Source: Acidimicrobiia bacterium (lineage in GTDB: Bacteria > Actinomycetota > Acidimicrobiia > IMCC26256 > PALSA-555). Taken from it: a stretch of DNA of 55,915 nt. Location of the stretch: assembly GCA_046484625.1 (NCBI GenBank), contig JAWOIO010000043.1, forward strand, positions 1 through 55,915. Direction: 5' to 3'. Shown here in pieces: positions 1-9,278 of this stretch. The notes beneath the pieces were generated by a model. It had not been told where the DNA came from. It searched no databases and saw nothing but the letters and a program-made list of their open reading frames with translations. Numbering within the stretch: the first letter of the stretch is position 1; each line of letters starts with the position of its first letter. The position numbers and the translations under genes are program-made.

Positions 1-390
<390 letters not shown>

Positions 391-404
391 GCCGAGCCGA
401 GCGG

Positions 405-559
405 GTGTGAGCGGCGCAGGTACCCTGCGGCGCACGAGCGGGGCCCGAGCGGCCCGCCGTCAGGCAGGAGCGGAAGACAGAAGCGAGTGTGAGCGCCGCA
501 GGTACCCTGCGGCGCACGAGCGGGGCCCGAGCGGCCCGCCGTCAGGCAGGAGCGGAAGA
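405..559 (+). repeat. tandem duplication (2 x 73 nt, 82-nt period) of the sucC promoter/leader
   Basis: Copies 405-477 and 487-559 differ at one position. Each holds a 10-bp hairpin GCGCCGCAGG-TAC-CCTGCGGCGC whose loop region contains TACCCT (a TANNNT box at 421-426 and 503-508), a GGGCC/GGCCC hairpin, and AGGAG. Copy 2 ends at the sucC GTG. Confidence 0.85.
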
Positions 560-1714
560 GTGGATCTGTACGAGTACCAGGGCAAGCAGCTGTTCGCCCA
601 GTACGGGATGCCGGTGTCGGCCGGTGAGGCGGTCGAGACCGTCGACGCCGCCGTGGCTGCCGCCGACAAGGTGGGCTACCCGGTCGTGGTGAAGGCGCAG
701 GTGCAGGTCGGCGGCCGCGGCAAGGCGGGCGGCATCAAGCTCGCGGCCGACGCCGACGAGTGCCGGAAGTACGCCACCGACATCCTCGGGATGGACATCA
801 AGGGCCACACCGTCGACATCGTGTGGATCGAGAACGCCAGCGACATCTCCAGCGAGTACTACGCCTCCTTCACGCTCGACCGCTCGGCCAAGCTCCACCT
901 GGGGATGCTGTCGGCCGAGGGTGGGGTCGAGATCGAGCAGGTCGCGGAGGAGAACCCGGATGCGATCGCGAAGATCCACGTGGATCCCGTCGACGGTCTC
1001 ACCGAGGCCCAGTGTCGCGAGTGGATCGCCGCCGCGAAGCTCGACCCGGAGGCGACCGAGGGCGCGGTCGACGTCCTCACCAAGCTGTGGCGCTGCTACG
1101 TCGACGCCGACGCCGATCTCGTGGAGATCAACCCGCTGATCCTGACGCCCGACGGTCGGGTCCATGTCCTCGACGCCAAGGTGACCCTCGACGACAGCTC
1201 GATCTTCCGTCACCCCGAGTACGAGGCCTACGACGCCACGCAGGTGCGCGACGACCGGGAGGTCGCAGCGCACGAGAAGGGCCTCCAGTACGTGGGGCTC
1301 GACGGCTACGTCGGGATCATCGCCAATGGTGCCGGGCTCGCCATGAGCACGGTCGACATCGTGAGCCAGGTCGGTGGCAAGCCGGCCAACTTCCTCGACA
1401 TCGGCGGCGGCGCCAACGCCGACGTGATGGCCGGGGCGCTCGAGGTCATCAACAACGACCCGAACGTCAAGGCGATCTTCATCAACATCTTCGGTGGGAT
1501 CACCAAGGGCGAGGAGGTCGCCAACGGGATCGTGCAGGCGCTCGATCGGGTCGCGATCGACGCACCGATCGTCATCCGGCTCGACGGCACCAACGCCGAC
1601 GAGGGGCGGGCGATCCTCGAGCCCCATCTCACCGACCAGCTGCGGCTCGAGCCGACCATGCGCGACGCCGCCAACACCGTCGTCGAGATCGCCAAGTCCC
1701 GGGGAGGGAAGTAG
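560..1714 (+). CDS. sucC: succinyl-CoA synthetase (ADP-forming) beta subunit
   Basis: The in-frame GTG at 560 is preceded by AGGAG. The N-terminus VDLYEYQGKQLFAQYGMPV and overall sequence are typical of SucC. The first 110 codons of track ORF 230..1714 overlap the mutase gene and the repeat, so they are not used. Confidence 0.95.
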   Translation: MDLYEYQGKQLFAQYGMPVSAGEAVETVDAAVAAADKVGYPVVVKAQVQVGGRGKAGGIKLAADADECRKYATDILGMDIKGHTVDIVWIENASDISSEYYASFTLDRSAKLHLGMLSAEGGVEIEQVAEENPDAIAKIHVDPVDGLTEAQCREWIAAAKLDPEATEGAVDVLTKLWRCYVDADADLVEINPLILTPDGRVHVLDAKVTLDDSSIFRHPEYEAYDATQVRDDREVAAHEKGLQYVGLDGYVGIIANGAGLAMSTVDIVSQVGGKPANFLDIGGGANADVMAGALEVINNDPNVKAIFINIFGGITKGEEVANGIVQALDRVAIDAPIVIRLDGTNADEGRAILEPHLTDQLRLEPTMRDAANTVVEIAKSRGGK

Positions 1715-1719
1715 GAATC

Positions 1720-2604
1720 ATGTCGATCTTCGTCGACGAGACCACCAAGGTCGTCTACCAGGGCCTGACCGGGTCGCAGGGACGGTTCTACGGGCTCCTC
1801 AACCAGGAGTACGGCACGCAGGTCGTCGCCGGCACCAACCCGAAGAAGGCGGGCACCGATGTCGAGGGCATTCCGATCTTCGCCAGCGTGAAGGACGCCG
1901 TCGACGCCACGGGCGCAACCGCGTCGTGCGTCTTCATCCCCGCGCCCGGCGTGAAGGCCGCAGTGATCGACGCCGCTGAAGGCGGGGTGGAGTTCATCGT
2001 CGTGATCACCGAAGGGGTGCCGGCCCACGACGAGGCGTGGTTCTACAACACGCTGCGGCGCGACCACCCGGGCGTGCGCCTGCTCGGTCCGAACTGCCCC
2101 GGGATCATCAGCCCGGGGAAGGCCAACATCGGCATCACCGCCGGCCACATCGCCAAGGCGGGTGGCCCGGTCGGCATCGTGAGCCGGTCCGGCACGCTCA
2201 CCTACCAGGCGCTCTACGAGCTGAAGCAGAAGGACATCGGCGTCACGACCTGTGTGGGCATCGGCGGGGACCCCGTCCCCGGGACCAGCTTCATCGACTG
2301 CCTGCAGGCGTTCGAGACCGACCCTGAGACCAAGGCCGTGATGATGATCGGCGAGATCGGCGGCTCGGCCGAGGAAGAGGCGGCCGCGTACATCAAGGCC
2401 GAGATGACCAAGCCGGTCGTCTCCTACATCGCCGGGGTCACGGCCCCTCCGGGCAAGAAGATGGGTCACGCCGGCGCGATCGTCTCGGGTGGCAAGGGCA
2501 CCGCCGCTGCGAAGATGGAGGCACTCGCCGACGCCGGCGTGCAGATCGGGCTCAACCCGACCGAGGCCGGGGAGCTCATGGTCGGGGTCGTCGCCGGGCT
2601 CTGA
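1720..2604 (+). CDS. sucD: succinyl-CoA synthetase alpha subunit
   Basis: The ATG at 1720 lies 5 nt after the sucC stop and is preceded by GGAGGGAAG. The sequence MSIFVDETTKVVYQGLTG...SRSGTLTY...GHAGAI contains the phosphohistidine loop typical of SucD. Confidence 0.97.
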   Translation: MSIFVDETTKVVYQGLTGSQGRFYGLLNQEYGTQVVAGTNPKKAGTDVEGIPIFASVKDAVDATGATASCVFIPAPGVKAAVIDAAEGGVEFIVVITEGVPAHDEAWFYNTLRRDHPGVRLLGPNCPGIISPGKANIGITAGHIAKAGGPVGIVSRSGTLTYQALYELKQKDIGVTTCVGIGGDPVPGTSFIDCLQAFETDPETKAVMMIGEIGGSAEEEAAAYIKAEMTKPVVSYIAGVTAPPGKKMGHAGAIVSGGKGTAAAKMEALADAGVQIGLNPTEAGELMVGVVAGL

Positions 2605-2630
2605 CCCGCGCGTCCTAGGCCCGCGCGTCC

Positions 2631-2636
2631 TAGACT
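2631..2636 (+). promoter_or_regulatory. -10-like box (TAGACT) of a leaderless-type promoter
   Basis: A TANNNT hexamer ends 6 nt before GTG 2643, and there is no Shine-Dalgarno. Confidence 0.45.
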
Positions 2637-2642
2637 CGACTC

Positions 2643-2999
2643 GTGTCCACTCCCCCCACTCCCCCGGCCCCCGAGCCCGGCGTTCCGCCTCCTGCGCCCG
2701 AACCCGGGCCACCGCCACCCCCGCCCGGGGCGTTCGCGACACCGGGAACCGGGCCGGTTGCGCGCACGAACGGGTTCGCGGTCGCGTCGTTGGTGCTCGG
2801 GTTGCTCTTCTGCCTCGTCATCACCGCGGTCCTGGCCGTGATCTTCGGCAACGTCGCACTGGGACGCATCGACGAGTCGAACGGAACCGAGAAGGGTCGA
2901 GGGCTGGCGATCGCCGGGATCGTGCTCGGCTGGATCGGGATCGCTCTGCTGGCGATCGGCAGCCTCGTGTGGCTCGGCTACGGGATCAGCAACTCCTAG
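2643..2999 (+). CDS. small membrane protein with Pro-rich N-terminus and two TM helices (DUF4190-like)
   Basis: 118-aa track ORF with a PPxP-rich head followed by FAVASLVLGLLFCLVITAVLAVIFG and GLAIAGIVLGWIGIALLAIG. GC3 is high. Confidence 0.8.
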   Translation: MSTPPTPPAPEPGVPPPAPEPGPPPPPPGAFATPGTGPVARTNGFAVASLVLGLLFCLVITAVLAVIFGNVALGRIDESNGTEKGRGLAIAGIVLGWIGIALLAIGSLVWLGYGISNS

Positions 3000-4003
3000 C
3001 CCGCCGTTGCCGTCGCGTCACCGTCGACGGGCTCCTCGAGCTTCGGCGCCAGCACGATCCCGAGGGCAACCAGACCCGCAGCCACCAGCGCGGCGAGTCC
3101 GGCGAGTCCCAGGGCGGAGTCTCCGGCGAGATCGCCGATCACGGCGAGCAAGCCGAACACCACGACGATCCCGCCGATCCACACCGATCCGCGTCGCCCC
3201 TCGCCCCGGGCGCCGATCCAGCCGACGAGCGCTCCGGCCGCGGCCGTCAGCAGGCCACCGAGCACCACGCTCTCCTGGCCGCCGAGCGAGGCCGCGCCCA
3301 CGACTGCGAGGAGCGCACCGACCGCAAGGAAGGGTGTGGCCGCGCCGGCCCGGCCCTTCTTGTCGAGGCCTGCTGCCGCGCCGAGGAAGGCGAGGCCGAG
3401 GATCAGTGACACGACGTCGGTGTCGTCGTCGCTGTCGATCGAATCGAAGCCGTTGGACGAGCCACCGTCGCCGAACGGGGTGTCGAACCCGGTCTCCCCA
3501 CTGATCTCGTTCTGGAACGGCGCCACGGCGTCGCCGCCGGCGACCTCGAAGTTGATCCAGGCCGCCAGGAACACCAGCGCGAGACCCAGGAAGATCGCCC
3601 GTCCCGCGGTCCACCCGAGCAGGTAGAGCGCCACGTACACGGCGAGGCAGAGCAGGAGGATCGCACGGACCGATCCGCTCCCACCGCTCTCGCCGTCACC
3701 CAGGAAGGCGAAGAACCAGAGCACCGGGGTGATGGTGGCCAAGGCAGCGACGCACGCGCTCCGAGCCGGGCCCGGGAGTCGCATCCCGATGGCGAACGCG
3801 GCCGCGGCGACGATGAGGCTGGCGAGCACGCCGGGGGCGGTGAGGTCGTCGGATGCCACCTCGGCCGCGAGTGCGATGGCCGCGATGACCAGGAACAGGC
3901 CCGCGCCGGCTGCGAGCACGTGGGCGAACCCGGCGACAGGTCGGCGCTCAGCACGCCAACCCAGCCGCTCGCCGAGTGAGGGCTTGGCTGCTCCGTCAGG
4001 CAC
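2996..4003 (-). CDS. polytopic integral membrane protein, function unknown
   Basis: 335-aa ORF with about 8 hydrophobic segments and an acidic loop (GFDSIDSDDDTD). GGAGG lies 6 nt upstream of GTG 4003. Its stop overlaps the convergent 2643..2999 stop by 4 nt. Confidence 0.7.
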   Translation of the reverse strand: MPDGAAKPSLGERLGWRAERRPVAGFAHVLAAGAGLFLVIAAIALAAEVASDDLTAPGVLASLIVAAAAFAIGMRLPGPARSACVAALATITPVLWFFAFLGDGESGGSGSVRAILLLCLAVYVALYLLGWTAGRAIFLGLALVFLAAWINFEVAGGDAVAPFQNEISGETGFDTPFGDGGSSNGFDSIDSDDDTDVVSLILGLAFLGAAAGLDKKGRAGAATPFLAVGALLAVVGAASLGGQESVVLGGLLTAAAGALVGWIGARGEGRRGSVWIGGIVVVFGLLAVIGDLAGDSALGLAGLAALVAAGLVALGIVLAPKLEEPVDGDATATAG

Positions 4004-4047
4004 GAGGTTCCTCCGGTTCTGTGTGGCTGAAGTAGTGCGGACGTGAA

Positions 4048-4073
4048 CCGGCCCCCGCAGTGACGGGGGCCGG
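4048..4073 (-). terminator. hairpin terminator candidate downstream of 4112..4588
   Basis: Perfect 10-bp stem CCGGCCCCCG / CGGGGGCCGG with a 6-nt loop, about 40 nt after the stop of the minus-strand gene. There is no U-tract. Confidence 0.5.
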
Positions 4074-4111
4074 ACGCAACGATTCGAGCAGTCTGGGCTT
4101 CGCGCCCGGAC

Positions 4112-4588
4112 TCAGGCGGTAGGCGGCGGGGTCGCGCCGCCCCCGGTCTTCTCCTCCTGGAGGCGCATGTAGCCGCCGGCTGCGAGGCCCGCGGTGGCGA
4201 CCAGACCGAGGAACAGTCCGATCTTCCGGCTGATGTCGATGATGTCCTCAGCACCCTCGGGGACGCTGACGCCGGCGATCGTCTTGATGACGACGAACGC
4301 GAAGGCGACGGCACCCATGCCGAGCAGGATCGCACCCCAGGAGCTACCTCCGACGTCGGGGAGCTTCACCTCGAACAGCTTGAGCGCGACGAGGACCACC
4401 ATCGCGATCCCGATCAGCACGGCGAGCCAGGTGAGGGTGAAGTCCCATGCGTTGCCACCGCTGCTACCGGCACCGGGGATGCCCTTGGCGCTGGCTGCGA
4501 ACCAGTCCAGGAACGAGATCGGGATGAACAACAAGATGCCGCTGACCGCGATCACCTTGTCGCTCGTCGAGAGCTTGGTGAGATCCAT
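4112..4588 (-). CDS. small integral membrane protein (4 TM), function unknown
   Basis: 158-aa ORF with GGAGG upstream of ATG 4588. It has hydrophobic helices and a Gly/Pro-rich tail. Confidence 0.75.
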   Translation of the reverse strand: MDLTKLSTSDKVIAVSGILLFIPISFLDWFAASAKGIPGAGSSGGNAWDFTLTWLAVLIGIAMVVLVALKLFEVKLPDVGGSSWGAILLGMGAVAFAFVVIKTIAGVSVPEGAEDIIDISRKIGLFLGLVATAGLAAGGYMRLQEEKTGGGATPPPTA

Positions 4589-4725
4589 GCACGTTCCTCC
4601 GAACGACTGAGATGTGGGGGCGCGCCGGTCGTCCGAGGCGCCCAGCGCAGCCCATCATGGATCGCGGGCCAGCGCAAGGACCCTCGGGGGCCGGTGCCCC
4701 ATGGGCTCTCCCGAGACGCCGCGGC

Positions 4726-4731
4726 TAGGTT
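4726..4731 (+). promoter_or_regulatory. -10-like box (TAGGTT) for leaderless purN
   Basis: TANNNT ends 7 nt before the in-frame GTG at 4739. Confidence 0.45.
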
Positions 4732-4738
4732 CGGCCCC

Positions 4739-5311
4739 GTGCGGAGGCTCGGCGTGCTGGCATCGGGGAGTGGGACGATCCTCCAGGCCATCGTCGACGC
4801 CGGGCTCCCCGTCGCGGCGCTGATCGTCGACCGACCCTGCGGGGCCGTGGAACGGGCCGAGCGAGCCGGGATCCCGGTCGAGCACGTCCCGCGCGAGTCC
4901 TTCGGCGCCGACTTCGACCGCCGCGCCTACACCGATCGGGTGGTCGATGCCCTGAAGCGTCATGAGGTCGATCTCGTCGCGATGGCCGGCTTCATGACCA
5001 TCCTCGAGCAGCCGGTCCACGACGCGTACGGGGGGCGGATCACCAACACCCACCCCTCGTTGCTGCCCGCGTTCAAGGGCGCCCATGCGGTCGAGGACGC
5101 CCTGGCGGCGGGCGTCCGGGTGACGGGCTGTACGGTGCACTTCGCGACGTTGGCGGTCGACGAGGGCCCCATCCTGGCGCAGGAGTCGGTGGAGGTGGCC
5201 CCCGACGACACCGCCGAGTCGCTGCACGAACGCATCAAGGAGACCGAGCGGCGGTTGTACCCCCGCGTGCTCCGCGACCTGCTCGCGGTGCCGGAGGAGG
5301 AGACGGGGTGA
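4739..5311 (+). CDS. purN: phosphoribosylglycinamide formyltransferase
   Basis: VRRLGVLASGSGTILQAIVDA... plus NTHPSLLPAFKG... match PurN motifs. I prefer GTG 4739 (with its -10 box) over the track ATG at 4694. A GTGA overlap links it to purH. Confidence 0.9.
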   Translation: MRRLGVLASGSGTILQAIVDAGLPVAALIVDRPCGAVERAERAGIPVEHVPRESFGADFDRRAYTDRVVDALKRHEVDLVAMAGFMTILEQPVHDAYGGRITNTHPSLLPAFKGAHAVEDALAAGVRVTGCTVHFATLAVDEGPILAQESVEVAPDDTAESLHERIKETERRLYPRVLRDLLAVPEEETG

Positions 5312-6849
5312 GCAAGGAGCAGGCCGGGCGGCGCGCGCTGCTCTCGGTGTGGGACAAGGCCGGGTTGGCCGACTTCGCCCGCGGGCTCGCCGACCTGGGC
5401 TTCGAGCTCGTCTCGTCGGGCGGGACCGCGGCGGCCGTCGCCGACGCCGGCGTGCCGGTGACGCTGCTGGCCGACATGACCGGCGTGCCCGAGATGCTCG
5501 AGCACCGCGTCGTGACATTGCACCCGAAGGTGCACGGCGGGATCCTCGCCGACCGGGGCAGGGCGTCGCACCGGGCCGACCTCGAGACCCACGGGATCGA
5601 GCCGTTCGACCTCGTCGTGTCGAACCTCTATCCCTTCACCGAGCGCCCCGACATCGAGACCATCGACATCGGCGGGCCTGCGATGACCCGAGCCGCGGCG
5701 AAGAACCACGCGTGGGTGGGGATCGTGAGCTCTCCCGACCAGTACGCGGCCGTGCTCGACGAGCTCCGCGCCAACGACGGCGCCCTCTCCGACGACACCC
5801 GCCGCGGACTCGCCCTCGAGGCGTTCGCCCGGACCGCGGCCTACGACGCCGCGATCGTGCGGTGGCTCCAGGACGACGCGCTCCTGCCGCGCCACGTCGT
5901 GCTGCCCCTCGTGCGGACCGACGAGACGCTCCGCTACGGCGAGAACCCGCACCAGGAGGCCGCCCGCTACCGGCTCTCGGGGACCTCCAGCTGGTGGGAC
6001 GCGGTCGTCCAGCACAGCGGGCTCGCCCTCAGCTACCTCAACTACTACGACGCCGACGCCGCGTGGCGCCTCGTGCACGACCTGAACTCGGAGGATCGGG
6101 GCTCGGCGTCGCCGGCGTGCGCCATCATCAAGCACGCCAACCCGTGCGGTGTCGCGGTGGCCGACGACCTCGCCACCGCGTATCGGCGGGCCCTCGAGTG
6201 CGACGAGCGCTCCGCGTTCGGCGGGATCGTCGCGCTCAACCGTCCCCTGGACGCCGCGACTGTCGAGCTCATGGCTTCCGGACCGCAGGCCGACGTGGTC
6301 CTCGCGCCCTCGTACGAGGACGGCACGGTCGACGCGCTCGTCGCGAAGCGGAAGAACACGCGCATCCTCGAGGGCCCGCCGCCCGAGGAACCGATCATCG
6401 ACGTGCGCCAGATCTCGGGCGGCTTCCTCGTCCAGGCGCCGCATCACTTCGCGGCGTCGCGCGCCGACTGGCAGGTCGTGACGAAGGTCGCGCCCACCGA
6501 CGAGCAGTGGCGCGACGCCGAGCTGGCGTGGCGGATCTGTGGGCACGTGAAGTCGAACGCGATCGTGCTGGTGAAGGACGGCCAGGCCGTCGGGATCGGG
6601 GCCGGTCAGCAGAACCGGGTCGAGTCCGGCGAGATCGCGGCGAAGAAGGCGGCGGGCCGGGCCGAGGGGGGCGCGTGCGCGAGCGACGCCTTCTACCCGT
6701 TCCCCGACGGCGTGGAGGCGGCCGCGGCCGCGGGGGTCGCCGTGGTGGTCCAGCCGGGCGGCGCCATGCGGGACGACGAGACGACCGCGCGCGCCGACGA
6801 GCTCGGTCTGGCGATGGTGTTCACCGGCGAACGACACTTCCTCCACTGA
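5308..6849 (+). CDS. purH: bifunctional AICAR formyltransferase / IMP cyclohydrolase
   Basis: 513 aa with an MGS-like N-domain (ALLSVWDKAGL...VSSGGTA) and a C-terminal AICARFT domain ending FTGERHFLH. Confidence 0.97.
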   Translation: MSKEQAGRRALLSVWDKAGLADFARGLADLGFELVSSGGTAAAVADAGVPVTLLADMTGVPEMLEHRVVTLHPKVHGGILADRGRASHRADLETHGIEPFDLVVSNLYPFTERPDIETIDIGGPAMTRAAAKNHAWVGIVSSPDQYAAVLDELRANDGALSDDTRRGLALEAFARTAAYDAAIVRWLQDDALLPRHVVLPLVRTDETLRYGENPHQEAARYRLSGTSSWWDAVVQHSGLALSYLNYYDADAAWRLVHDLNSEDRGSASPACAIIKHANPCGVAVADDLATAYRRALECDERSAFGGIVALNRPLDAATVELMASGPQADVVLAPSYEDGTVDALVAKRKNTRILEGPPPEEPIIDVRQISGGFLVQAPHHFAASRADWQVVTKVAPTDEQWRDAELAWRICGHVKSNAIVLVKDGQAVGIGAGQQNRVESGEIAAKKAAGRAEGGACASDAFYPFPDGVEAAAAAGVAVVVQPGGAMRDDETTARADELGLAMVFTGERHFLH

Positions 6850-6862
6850 TGAAGGTGCTGCG

Positions 6863-7726
6863 ATGACTGCGGAGCTGCTCGACGGGAAGGCGTTCCTCGA
6901 GGCCACCAAGGCGCGGCTCGCGACGCGTGTCGCCGCACTGCGTGAGCAGGGCGTGGTCCCCGGGCTCGGCACGATCCTCGTCGGCGACGACCCCAACTCC
7001 GACGCGTACGTCCGGGGCAAGCGGACCGCGTGCGAGGAGATCGGGATGATCTCGCACCACCGCGAGCTCCCCGACGACGTGTCACAGCACCACCTGGCGG
7101 CGGAGATCGAGCAGCTGAACCACGACCCCGAGGTCGACGGCTTCATCGTCCAGCTCCCGCTCCCGGACCACCTCGACGAGGAGACGGCGCTCCTCGCCGT
7201 CGATCCGGCCAAGGATGCCGACGGGCTGCACCCCGTGAACCTCGGCCGCTTGGTCATGGGCGTCGCGGCGCCCCGGCCGTGCACCCCCCTCGGCATCCAG
7301 GCGCTCCTCGAGGCCCACGGGGTCCCGATCGCCGGGAGCCACGTCGTGATCGTGGGCCGTGGGCTCACCATCGGCCGACCGCTGGCCCTGCTGCTGGCGC
7401 TCAAGGAGCCCCACGCGAATGCGGCAGTCACTGTGGTGCACACGGGCGTCGCCGACCTCGGGTCGTACACCCGCCAGGCCGACATCCTCGTGGCCGCCGC
7501 GGGGCGCCCGTCGATCATCACGCCCGACATGGTCAAGCCGGGAGCGGCCGTCGTCAGCGCCGGGATCACGATGGACGGGCGGCGCGTCGTCCCCGACGTC
7601 GACGAGGCCGTGGGCGAGGTGGCGCGCTGGATCACCCCCCGGCTGGGTGGCGTGGGGCCCACCACGATCGCCATGCTGCTCTCGAACGCCGTCGACGCCG
7701 CGGAGCGGCGAGCAGCCCGACCGTGA
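6863..7726 (+). CDS. folD: bifunctional 5,10-methylene-THF dehydrogenase / methenyl-THF cyclohydrolase
   Basis: 287 aa. LLDGKA...PGLGTILVGDDPNSDAYVRGK...VVIVGRGLTIGRP... is typical of FolD. Confidence 0.95.
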   Translation: MTAELLDGKAFLEATKARLATRVAALREQGVVPGLGTILVGDDPNSDAYVRGKRTACEEIGMISHHRELPDDVSQHHLAAEIEQLNHDPEVDGFIVQLPLPDHLDEETALLAVDPAKDADGLHPVNLGRLVMGVAAPRPCTPLGIQALLEAHGVPIAGSHVVIVGRGLTIGRPLALLLALKEPHANAAVTVVHTGVADLGSYTRQADILVAAAGRPSIITPDMVKPGAAVVSAGITMDGRRVVPDVDEAVGEVARWITPRLGGVGPTTIAMLLSNAVDAAERRAARP

Positions 7727-7956
7727 GGACCCTCGTGAGCCTGCCCCGATCCCTTCCCGAGCACGTCGCCGGGACCTGCCCGCAGTGCGGGAACCCGGTG
7801 GCGGAGGTGCTCGTGCGGTGCGGCTCCTGTGGCTTCGACCTGGCCGGCGTCGACGGACGCCCGGGGCCGTTCTCTCGAGCCACGCTCCTGTGGACCGCGA
7901 TCGGCTTCCTCACCGTGTACCTCGTTACCCTCGGGATCGTCGCGCTCGCGCGCTAG
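7723..7956 (+). CDS. small zinc-ribbon protein with C-terminal TM helix
   Basis: GTG 7723 overlaps the folD stop (GTGA). It has CPQC...CGSC followed by LLWTAIGFLTVYLVTLGIVAL. It is the tail of track ORF 7030..7956. Confidence 0.6.
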   Translation: MRTLVSLPRSLPEHVAGTCPQCGNPVAEVLVRCGSCGFDLAGVDGRPGPFSRATLLWTAIGFLTVYLVTLGIVALAR

Positions 7957-8013
7957 GCCCCGGACGTCGACCGGCGTCATCGAGGCCACCGCCCTTTCAA
8001 GAGGAGAACCACG

Positions 8014-9207
8014 ATGCCGGAGAAGATCACGCTCGTCGACGGAGAGCTGCAGGTCCCCGACGACCCGATCATCCCGTTCATCGAGGGCGACGGCACCGGC
8101 GTCGACATCTGGCCGGCCGCGCAGCTCGTGCTCGACGCCGCGGCCGAGAAGCACGGCAAGTCGATCGAGTGGACCGAGGTCCTCGCGGGCCAGAAGGCGT
8201 TCGACCAGACCGGCGAGTGGCTCCCCGAGGCGACCGTCCAGTCGTTCCGCGACCATCTGATCGGGATCAAGGGCCCCCTGACGACACCCATCGGCGGGGG
8301 GATCCGCAGCCTCAACGTTGCGCTGCGCCAGATCATGGACCTCTACGTGTGCCTGCGCCCGGTCCGGTGGTTCCAGGGTGTGCCGTCACCCGTGAAGACA
8401 CCTGAGAAGGTCGACATGGTGATCTTCCGGGAGAACACCGAGGACATCTACGCCGGCCTGGAGGTCGAGGAGGGCACGCCCGAGGCCAAGAAGATGATCG
8501 AGGTCCTCCACGAGACGTTCGGCTGGGAGATCAAGGCCGACTCCGGGATCGGCGTGAAGCCGGTCTCGGAGAGCGGGTCGAAGCGCCTGATCCGGGCCGC
8601 CATCAACTACGCCGTCAAGCGGAACCGCAAGAGCGTCACCCTCGTCCACAAGGGCAACATCATGAAGTTCACCGAGGGTGCGTTCATGAACTGGGGCTAC
8701 GAGCTCACGCGCGACGAGTTCTCTGATGTCGCGGTGGGTTGGGACGACTGCAACGGCGACCCGGGCGACAAGATCCTCGTGAAGGACGCGATCGCCGACA
8801 TCACGCTCCAGCAGGTCCTCACCCGCCCCGACGAGTTCGACGTGATCGCGACCCTGAACCTCAACGGCGACTACCTGTCCGACGCCCTTGCCGCCCAGGT
8901 CGGGGGGATCGGCATCGCCCCAGGGGGCAACATCAACTACGTCACCGGTCATGGCGTCTTCGAGGCAACCCACGGCACCGCGCCCAAGTACGCGGGCCAG
9001 GACAAGGTGAACCCCGGGTCGGTGATCCTCTCCGGCGTGATGATGTTCGAGCACCTGGGTTGGCAGGACGCCGCCGACAGCATCGTGGCCGCCCTCGAGG
9101 CCACGATCGCCGACAAGGTGGTGACCTACGACTTCGCTCGCCTCATGGACGGTGCGACCGAGGTGAAGACGTCGGAATTCGCCAAGGCCATCGTCGACCG
9201 GATGTGA
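8014..9207 (+). CDS. icd: NADP-dependent isocitrate dehydrogenase (dimeric prokaryotic type)
   Basis: 397 aa with AGGAG upstream. It carries the [22 protein letters not shown] motif and NLNGDYLSD. Confidence 0.95.
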   Translation: MPEKITLVDGELQVPDDPIIPFIEGDGTGVDIWPAAQLVLDAAAEKHGKSIEWTEVLAGQKAFDQTGEWLPEATVQSFRDHLIGIKGPLTTPIGGGIRSLNVALRQIMDLYVCLRPVRWFQGVPSPVKTPEKVDMVIFRENTEDIYAGLEVEEGTPEAKKMIEVLHETFGWEIKADSGIGVKPVSESGSKRLIRAAINYAVKRNRKSVTLVHKGNIMKFTEGAFMNWGYELTRDEFSDVAVGWDDCNGDPGDKILVKDAIADITLQQVLTRPDEFDVIATLNLNGDYLSDALAAQVGGIGIAPGGNINYVTGHGVFEATHGTAPKYAGQDKVNPGSVILSGVMMFEHLGWQDAADSIVAALEATIADKVVTYDFARLMDGATEVKTSEFAKAIVDRM

Positions 9208-9278
9208 TGAGCGGAATTGATTGCCGGATGTGACGGAGTTCTCTCGTCCGCGGGTCCGGTCCGCGACGAACGCAAGGT

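Noticed and set aside
4960-8256. Very long track ORFs: 4960..8256 minus (1098 aa), 20445..23744 plus (1099 aa), 12759..15140 plus (793 aa), 17567..19636 plus (689 aa), 23824..26067 plus (747 aa), 49341..51401 plus (686 aa), and similar.
   Set aside because: They run antisense to, or out of frame with, genes that have clear family motifs. Their translations are Arg/Pro/Gly/Ala-rich low-complexity strings with no motifs. Such stop-free shadow frames are expected in very GC-rich DNA.
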